A DNA stretch of 64,000 nucleotides from a virus. The translations under genes were made by a program, and so were the position numbers. The DNA lies in the IMG/VR virus record IMGVR_UViG_3300038560_000007, positions 1-64,000 of that record. The stretch is one strand, 5' to 3'. Every line of letters begins with the position of its first letter. Positions within the stretch are counted from its first letter, which is position 1. Of the stretch, positions 29,558 to 36,399 are shown in pieces. Under the pieces are notes generated by a model, which was given only the letters and a program-made list of their open reading frames with translations, made no database searches and was not told the origin of the DNA.

Positions 29558-29849
29558 GCAAGACCCAAACCTCAGCTCACTATCATATCTGGGCGGTGAT
29601 GATACTATGTCTGCTAGTCCTGATCGCAGTCCTGATAGCAATGAACTAGCAGAACACGAACTGCTTATCGTTCACTCACACAGAGAGGATGATGGCCGTT
29701 ACATCGTAGAAGGACGATGCCTCTGCGGTGAAGGGCCTTTCACCGGGATGTCTACAGTGAGCTTCCGCATCGCGCGCTCGCACGTTAGCCAGTCGCCCTA
29801 CAAGAAGCACTTGGAAGCGCAGGTCAAGAAAGCTTCCTCGTAAGGGTCC

Positions 29850-29879
29850 TAGCTTGACCTCGTGGAGTACATATATAAT
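29850..29879 (+). promoter_or_regulatory. Promoter P10 (recombination/replication operon)
   Basis: GGGTCC-TAGCTT-18 nt-TATAAT-AG. Confidence 0.7.
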
Positions 29880-29910
29880 AGATGTATAACAATGAGGAGG
29901 GCACCCGGTT

Positions 29911-31086
29911 TTGATTGATCCTACCCAAATCCATGAAGTGCACGGAAGCGTGCTCAAGTCGTTTCAGGGCTGCCGCCTTCAGTACAAATGGAACTTCATC
30001 GACGGGTACACTCCGCCGACCGTCGCTGCTCCATTGGAGTTTGGCTCGGCATTCCACCGTGGGATGGAAGTCCTCTATAACCCAGACACCTGGGACCTCC
30101 CGCTATTGGAACTCTACCGTCTGGCTAAGGAAGAGTTCACTAACGTTTGCATGCACCAGTTGGAAGCCTTCCTCAATAGAGCCGCGCTGTATCAGCTAGA
30201 CCACGAAGCTGAAGTTGACTACCTCAAGCGCATCGAGCTCGGATGCGGCATGCTCCGCAAGGTCGCTCGGACTATGGATCGTAAGAGCTTCAAGCCCGTT
30301 CTAACCGAGAAGGAGATCTTTGTCCCGATCAAGTATCCTACCACTGATCAACAGTTGCATTGTCGGTGCAACGATTGCTGGGATAAGTCCAGTAAAGCTG
30401 ACCCTGATCTCATCCCTACCGAGTGGTCCGGTCTTCCAGTCTACTACGGACTACGTGTCGATGCCGTACTCGTGGACGAAGACGGAGGCTACTGGCTCGT
30501 CGACTGGAAAACCGCCAGTCAGCTCTTGAAGGATCAACTCATCCTCGAGCTCGACGGCCAGATCATCAACTACCTCTGGGCGCTCAAGCTCGCCTCAGGT
30601 CTAGACCTCCGAGGCTTCAAGTACGTCCAGATCCTAAAGGACTTCCCCCACAAGCCGAGGGAGCTAGTAAACGTCCGTCTCGGACGTAAGTTCAGCGTGG
30701 CCAAGAACGCTCGAACAGATGCTGCCACGTTCTCTACCTATGTCAAGAAGCACGACAGCGATGCTTTTAAGGCTGGACTCTACGCCGAGCATATCGAATA
30801 CCTTCGCAACTTCGGCCCCATGTTCATTAACTGGATGACAGTCTACAAGACCGACCAACAGCTCGAAGTCGTCGGTACAGACTTGGCCTATGCAGTTAAG
30901 GACTTGCTAGACTCTCCGGACATCTACGCTACTGGTGGTCGAATGGTTTGCCAGCGTTGCGTCTTCCAGGAACCTTGCCTCGAACGGCAATCAGGAGGTG
31001 ATTTCCAAGACATCCTAGACTCGCAGTACGAGAAGCTCCCACCGTACTTCATAATCGAACGAGAGCGCAGGAAGGCGGACGCGTGA
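29911..31086 (+). CDS. Cas4/RecB-like PD-(D/E)xK exonuclease
   Basis: FQGCR, FGSAFH, RVDAV..LVDWKT, QIINY, CQRCVFQEPC (split Fe-S Cys). Confidence 0.88.
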   Translation: MIDPTQIHEVHGSVLKSFQGCRLQYKWNFIDGYTPPTVAAPLEFGSAFHRGMEVLYNPDTWDLPLLELYRLAKEEFTNVCMHQLEAFLNRAALYQLDHEAEVDYLKRIELGCGMLRKVARTMDRKSFKPVLTEKEIFVPIKYPTTDQQLHCRCNDCWDKSSKADPDLIPTEWSGLPVYYGLRVDAVLVDEDGGYWLVDWKTASQLLKDQLILELDGQIINYLWALKLASGLDLRGFKYVQILKDFPHKPRELVNVRLGRKFSVAKNARTDAATFSTYVKKHDSDAFKAGLYAEHIEYLRNFGPMFINWMTVYKTDQQLEVVGTDLAYAVKDLLDSPDIYATGGRMVCQRCVFQEPCLERQSGGDFQDILDSQYEKLPPYFIIERERRKADA

Positions 31087-31258
31087 ACGTTGCAATGTTC
31101 AGAGAGCAAGTCCAGAAGGCTCACGAAGAATTCGACGAGACGGTTGACGCGGCACGAGCTAGCTACCGGCAAAGGATGCGAGAGATCCACTCCGAATTTC
31201 TCGGAGAGCCTTACCCTAATGACATAGCTGTCGATGAGCACCCCAAGAGGGCTCACTG

Positions 31259-32065
31259 ATGACTCTGGTTATTCCGGAAGCATTCGGAGGCATCCCACTC
31301 AAGCGCGTCGGAGATCTCCAGCCCTACATCAAGGGTCTTCTCTATGGCAAGCCTGGAGCAGGCAAGACGTTCTTCTCTGCGCAAGCGTCTAAGGTCCCGG
31401 CCATGAGTCCTTGCCTAGTCATGACGCCAGATGCTACCGAAGCTGACACATTGCGCGAAGCGGCCCCAGATGCAGTCCATGCCAAGATCAACAACTTCGA
31501 AGAGTTCTGGGACATCTACAGAGCCTGCGCAGTCGGTCTAGATGATCCTGACAAGATCCCGTTCAAGACGATCATCATGGATACAGGCACCGAAGCCCAG
31601 AAGATGAACATGCGTGACATCATGGCTAAGCTCATGATCACTGGTCGCCCTGGCGGTGGCGAGGTCAACATGGACGTGCCCAGCGTTCGCGAGTGGGGCC
31701 AGTCCAGCAGTGAGATGCGTCGCATCCTCAGGTCCTTCCGAGACTTGCCTGTCAACTTCATAGTCAACTGCCACGAGCAGGAGAGTCGCGACAACCGCGG
31801 AGTGAACTGGTACAAGCCAGACCTCCCCGGCAAGCTCACCAACCAGGTTGCCGGCATGTTCTCCCTCGTGGGTTATGTCTACATCAATGCCAAGTATGAG
31901 AAGCAGGATGGTCGCAACGTCGTCGTAGACGAGAAGCGTTGCCTACTGACTGGCTTCGTAGACGGGTTTGTCACGAAGTCTAGAGCCGGCACTCTACCTA
32001 GGGTCATGGAGGACCCACAAATGGCTACGCTGTACGAGCTCATAACCGGCAAGCCTGCCGCGTAG
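31259..32065 (+). CDS. AAA_24/Sak4-like ATPase (single-strand annealing)
   Basis: LYGKPGAGKT, TIIMDTGTE, VNCHE; lies between exonuclease and SSB. Confidence 0.85.
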   Translation: MTLVIPEAFGGIPLKRVGDLQPYIKGLLYGKPGAGKTFFSAQASKVPAMSPCLVMTPDATEADTLREAAPDAVHAKINNFEEFWDIYRACAVGLDDPDKIPFKTIIMDTGTEAQKMNMRDIMAKLMITGRPGGGEVNMDVPSVREWGQSSSEMRRILRSFRDLPVNFIVNCHEQESRDNRGVNWYKPDLPGKLTNQVAGMFSLVGYVYINAKYEKQDGRNVVVDEKRCLLTGFVDGFVTKSRAGTLPRVMEDPQMATLYELITGKPAA

Positions 32066-32105
32066 CAAGACATCTCGTAAACGTACTCGAAACGGAGAAA
32101 CGTAA

Positions 32106-32657
32106 ATGGGTTTCAAGGTCGATGTTAGCGAGCGGGAAGCGGCTGCTGGCGACAGGTCATCACTCCCGATCGGCAAGTTCCACATGGCGATCACGAACGT
32201 CGAGACGGGCACTCCAGCACAGGGAGACAACGTCGGCAGGCCGATGCTCATCTTCGAGTTCACTGTTCAGGACTCGGACCTTACCTCAGTTCAGCTCCCC
32301 GACGCGAGCGGTAGGCTCCAGCCGCCAAAGCAGACGAACGACTTCGTCAACCGGAAGGACTTCGTCAACGCGATGTGCTGGGAGGGTGCCCTGTACACCA
32401 TCGTCAACATCCTCAAGGCGATGGGTAAGTACCAGGACTGCCTCGACAACCAGGGCAAGCTGGACATCCCGTCGGATCCAGAGTTCTACCTCGGCGAGCA
32501 GATGATCGTTCGTCGCGGCATCAACAAGAAGTCCCAGCAGGCGAACCCTGACAACCCGGACTACTGGGTCCAGGCTCAGGGCTTCTCGCCCGTCAAGGGA
32601 GCGGCGGCAGTGAGTGCTGGGGCGTCTAGCTCCGGCGAAGGGTCACTGCTTCCGTAG
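32106..32657 (+). CDS. Phage ssDNA-binding protein (DUF669-like OB fold)
   Basis: LPIGKFHMAITNVE...PMLIFEFTV; operon position. Confidence 0.7.
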   Translation: MGFKVDVSEREAAAGDRSSLPIGKFHMAITNVETGTPAQGDNVGRPMLIFEFTVQDSDLTSVQLPDASGRLQPPKQTNDFVNRKDFVNAMCWEGALYTIVNILKAMGKYQDCLDNQGKLDIPSDPEFYLGEQMIVRRGINKKSQQANPDNPDYWVQAQGFSPVKGAAAVSAGASSSGEGSLLP

Positions 32658-32708
32658 CGAGGTCGGCGGCCAGATGATTTTGGATGCCCTCCTTGCATCT
32701 GGCCGCCT

Positions 32709-32780
32709 CGGGAGGTAGCTTAATGGCAGAGCAGGCAGAGGCGCCACCATGGATCCGGGTTCGAGTCCCGGCCTCCCACG
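32709..32780 (+). tRNA. tRNA-like element: intact acceptor, D and T arms; no canonical anticodon stem; no encoded CCA
   Basis: C-GGGAGG TA GCTT AATGGCA GAGC ... CCGGG TTCGAGT CCCGG CCTCCC-A; positions 27-31/39-43 do not pair. Confidence 0.7.
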
Positions 32781-32905
32781 CGTATACGATTTATGACTGC
32801 TATCTCGGCTGGATAATTCAGTCGACGTACAATCGAAACCGAACACCGCCGTATAGGCCTGCAGATCCTATTCAGTGGCTATGGCTAACTAGGTGAAGGG
32901 ACTAC

Positions 32906-33448
32906 ATGTACCGCATATCAAAGAAGTTCGAGTTCAGTGCAGATCACGCACTCAAAGGACTTCCTCCGGAGCACCAGTGCTCTAGGTTCCATGGACATAA
33001 CTACGTAGTTGACGTAGTGCTCGAGTCGGCCGTTCTAAATGAGGCCGACTTCGTTCGAGACTACGGTGAACTCAGTCCAATCAAGGATTGGATCAACAAG
33101 ACGCTCGATCATCGCTGGCTTGGCTGGGGAATGATCGCTCGCCTAGAAGGTACGGAGCCATGTACGGAGCCATGTACGGAGTGCGAGAACGGCCCCTGGC
33201 ACGTTAGCCAGATTACTAAGCCTGTTCTTGATTTCAACCCGACGGCCGAGAACATGGCGAAGTTCATCTACACCTTCGCCTGTACGATTGCACCCGAAGT
33301 CTCCATGGTCGGAGTGAGTGAGACACCGAAGACGTGGGCCTGGTACACCCCAAACAACCTCACGCTCGACGTCTTAGAGCACGCGGTAGCTACGTTGCCT
33401 CAACCTCTCAGGACCAGCTTCCGCGCCGCGCTTAGGGACAATACATGA
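32906..33448 (+). CDS. queD: 6-carboxy-5,6,7,8-tetrahydropterin synthase
   Basis: FEFSADH, CSRFHGHNY, LDHR, PTAENMA, VSETPKTWA. Confidence 0.93.
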   Translation: MYRISKKFEFSADHALKGLPPEHQCSRFHGHNYVVDVVLESAVLNEADFVRDYGELSPIKDWINKTLDHRWLGWGMIARLEGTEPCTEPCTECENGPWHVSQITKPVLDFNPTAENMAKFIYTFACTIAPEVSMVGVSETPKTWAWYTPNNLTLDVLEHAVATLPQPLRTSFRAALRDNT

Positions 33449-34041
33449 CATCACCCTCCTGGTCTACATCGATGCCGCTTCTAGCAGATGCTTCTCCTGA
33501 AGAACTCATCCACGAGTTCCTGATGAAGACCTGCCCTGACATCTACAATCCTGACTCGGAGCATTTCAGGGACACTCCGAGACGCTTCACCAAGATGATT
33601 ACGGAGCTCACTTCCTCGGAGGACTTCAAGTTCACTACCTTCGAGGCTTCGGCCAGTGAGATGGTAATCGTTCGCGCGATCAACTTCGTCAGTATGTGTG
33701 CACATCACATCGCGCCGTTCGTCGGGACCTGCCATGTCGGTTATATCCCTGCAGAGAAGGTCGCTGGCATTTCGAAGTTCTCCAGGCATGTCAGACAGTA
33801 CGCACACACTCTGACTAACCAGGAGGCGCTGACGACGAACATCGCAGACTCGCTCGATGATATCCTGGAGCCTCGCGGTGTCGCCGTCATCATGCAGGCA
33901 AGCCACTCGTGTATGAGTACACGCGGGGCGCTGGCTCATGGATCCGATACGGTGACTAGCGCTATGCGAGGCGTGTTCATCGATCACACCAAGACGGCCA
34001 AGTCCGAGTTCATGGCTATCGTAGGTCCGAAGCTCCAATGA
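33445..34041 (+). CDS. folE: GTP cyclohydrolase I
   Basis: DTPRR, SMCAHHIAPF, GISKFSR, QEALT, HSCMSTRG, TSAMRGVF. Confidence 0.95.
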   Translation: MTSPSWSTSMPLLADASPEELIHEFLMKTCPDIYNPDSEHFRDTPRRFTKMITELTSSEDFKFTTFEASASEMVIVRAINFVSMCAHHIAPFVGTCHVGYIPAEKVAGISKFSRHVRQYAHTLTNQEALTTNIADSLDDILEPRGVAVIMQASHSCMSTRGALAHGSDTVTSAMRGVFIDHTKTAKSEFMAIVGPKLQ

Positions 34042-34643
34042 TCCCGACGGCAGGTTGGTGCATTAGACCACTGAGGAGGAGGAAGCGAGTGTCTGGGAAC
34101 GAAAAGCCTGTCCCATCAGGCTCTGCAGGCGCTATGGGCAGCGCGGGCGGCGGAGGCGGAGGCGGAGGCGGAGAGTACATCAGCGAGTTCGAGCGCGAGG
34201 ACGGAGGCGGAGGCGTGTCGCCGGCGACGTTCATCGTCAGCGCGATGGAGGAAAAGGCAGAGAGAATGGCTGCTGCCTACGGTGGGGTAAGCATGGCGGA
34301 AGCGAACGCCGCCTTCACGGCAGCAGCACAGAAGCTTGAAGGCCATCGCCACTCACGGTGGATCATGTGTACGCCAAGCTGTCCAGGCTTCGAGAAGCTT
34401 CAGGAGGAGCTGAAGGCCTCCGTGCAGGGCGATGCGGTTAATCACCCTCCACACTACAACCAGCACCCGAGCGGCATCGAATGCATGACCGTCGTGGAGT
34501 GGTTCAACTTCTGTCGAGGCAACGCCATCAAGTACATCTGGCGAGCCGGCTCCAAGGGCGATGAGATCGAAGACCTAAAGAAGGCTCGATACTACCTCGA
34601 CACAGAGATCGCACGACTGGAGAAGAAGCGAGATGCCAAGTAG
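34038..34643 (+). CDS. DUF3310 (T7 gp1.7-like nucleotide kinase) domain protein with Gly-rich N-terminus
   Basis: VNHPPHY...IEC...FCRGNAIKYIWRAGSKG...EDLKKARYYL. Confidence 0.85.
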   Translation: MIPTAGWCIRPLRRRKRVSGNEKPVPSGSAGAMGSAGGGGGGGGGEYISEFEREDGGGGVSPATFIVSAMEEKAERMAAAYGGVSMAEANAAFTAAAQKLEGHRHSRWIMCTPSCPGFEKLQEELKASVQGDAVNHPPHYNQHPSGIECMTVVEWFNFCRGNAIKYIWRAGSKGDEIEDLKKARYYLDTEIARLEKKRDAK

Positions 34644-34974
34644 ACCTCCTGTAGCTACGCCGAAGAATGCACGATACTGGATTCACTGTATGCGTCTAGC
34701 TAAGTCCGAACAGCGCCTCGAGCGCATAGCACAGGCGCGCGAGCTCGACGGACAGGGACTACCAAGACGACTAATAGCCGAGAAGCTCGGCGTGTCTGAA
34801 GACACAATCCTCCGATACCTCTGGCCTGGCTCAGAGAAGGGTTGTGATCACGGCAAGCGAACTTACCCAAGAGCAAAAGGGCAGTCGCGATACACAGGCC
34901 GTGAAGAGCCAACCGAGAGAGATGTAGCAACCGGCAGAGTTGACCCTGAATCACTGCTCTTGAAAGGGGCATGA
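34633..34974 (+). CDS. HTH DNA-binding protein
   Basis: GLPRRLIAEKLGVSEDTILRYL. Confidence 0.7.
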   Translation: MPSRPPVATPKNARYWIHCMRLAKSEQRLERIAQARELDGQGLPRRLIAEKLGVSEDTILRYLWPGSEKGCDHGKRTYPRAKGQSRYTGREEPTERDVATGRVDPESLLLKGA

Positions 34975-35768
34975 TGGAAATCGCCCTGATACCGCCCGTC
35001 AGCATGCTTGAGAAGACACTCGGGCGAAAGTTTCAGATGTTGATTCCACAGCCTCTAACGGATCCAACGGACTGGAACTTCTATCACACGATCGGCCATC
35101 GCGACGGATACTACGTCATGATGGACAACGGGATGTTCGAGAAAACAGAAGTCGAACCGAAGGTCCTCGTATCGATGGCTCATCGATTCAACGTCCAGGA
35201 GATTGTCCTTCCTGATGTCTGGTCAGAGCCATCCGCAACGACCGACGTCATTGCGGAATTCTTCCTCAAGGCAGGAGAGCCTCCGGAAGACTTCCACCCA
35301 GTGCTAGCCGCGGTAGCGCATGGGGGAACACTTCGCGATGCGCAGGCCTTCGTAGACTATATATCCAGGCTGCCTGCCATCGACGCGATTCACATTAGCC
35401 GCTCAGGAACGTACGCGACGAAGAATTACAACTTCCGTATTGATCTCGCCGACTGGATCGATGAGGAGTACCCAGGACGCTTCGACATCCACTTCCTCGG
35501 CTTCGACGATACCTGGCATGGAGAGGTCTCCGTCGCAGCCGATATCGGCTGCGTCCGCAGCCTAGATACGGTAGCTCCGTTCACGGCAGCTTGGGCGAAC
35601 ATGAAGTTGTCACCCGCTGGACCACTACGAATACTACGCCCGGATGACTACTTCTTCCGTCGAGCAGAAGAGTTCCCAGACGCCCTCGTAGACCGCAACA
35701 TCGCTTACCTCGACTTCCTAGCGAAGGGAGAGATGCCAAGTGAGATCAGCCGAAACCTGGGGCAATGA
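34971..35768 (+). CDS. Divergent TGT-fold protein, candidate DpdA-type 7-deazaguanine DNA transglycosylase
   Basis: MMDNGMFE, EIVLPDV, IHFLG, VRSLDT motifs of the TGT/DpdA barrel; next to folE/queD. Confidence 0.65.
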   Translation: MMEIALIPPVSMLEKTLGRKFQMLIPQPLTDPTDWNFYHTIGHRDGYYVMMDNGMFEKTEVEPKVLVSMAHRFNVQEIVLPDVWSEPSATTDVIAEFFLKAGEPPEDFHPVLAAVAHGGTLRDAQAFVDYISRLPAIDAIHISRSGTYATKNYNFRIDLADWIDEEYPGRFDIHFLGFDDTWHGEVSVAADIGCVRSLDTVAPFTAAWANMKLSPAGPLRILRPDDYFFRRAEEFPDALVDRNIAYLDFLAKGEMPSEISRNLGQ

Positions 35769-36399
35769 TTACTGGCCTTGGGCGCTCCTCGCAGTCGTCC
35801 TGATCATCATGATCCCTGAGACGATTGCACTCGCGACTAACGCCGCGAACACCCTATCCGACTGGGTCTGGCGAGTCCTTCACGTCAACCCAGGCGGAGG
35901 CGCCATCAGTGGATGGACGTTCCTCCACTACGCGTTCTTCGTCCTCTGGGTCGGCCTATTCGTCTGGCTGACCTATCACTTCTTCTTCCGGGACATCACA
36001 GTTGTCTAGACTCAGAGCCTGGCTCCTCCGAAGGCTTACGCAGCCTGAGATAGGCGAGATCCGTAGGTTCCATGACATCGACTTCGAGTTGGTCGGTTAC
36101 CAACTCGACTACAGCCTTTACTCTACGACTTCGCTTACGCTCCAGTACTGCCCAAGGATGTGGATCGAGGACATGGTGATCGGACATGAGGACGAGGTGT
36201 TTCATGACGGAACAGGATAGTAAACAACCGATAGATAGCCTGAAGCACTGCACTGGATTCTGGGGCTGGGACAGTTGGTTCCCGCTTATCTGGATCTACC
36301 ACGCTCTCTTCGACGGCACATGGCTCTGTAAATGCGAACACTCCAAGTGGTACAAGGAGAAGACGTTTTGAGTAGAGTCAAGACTATGGGAGCGATGAT

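Noticed and set aside
29911-31086. Cas4 as part of a CRISPR system
   Set aside because: It sits in the usual phage exonuclease-Sak4-SSB recombination module; no array or cas1.
32709-32780. Functional initiator tRNA-Met (C1:A72, CAT present)
   Set aside because: CAT is not in an anticodon loop and no anticodon stem forms.
3524-34203. DGR template/variable repeat pair
   Set aside because: Repeats are short and exact, with no adenine-specific mismatches and no reverse transcriptase seen.
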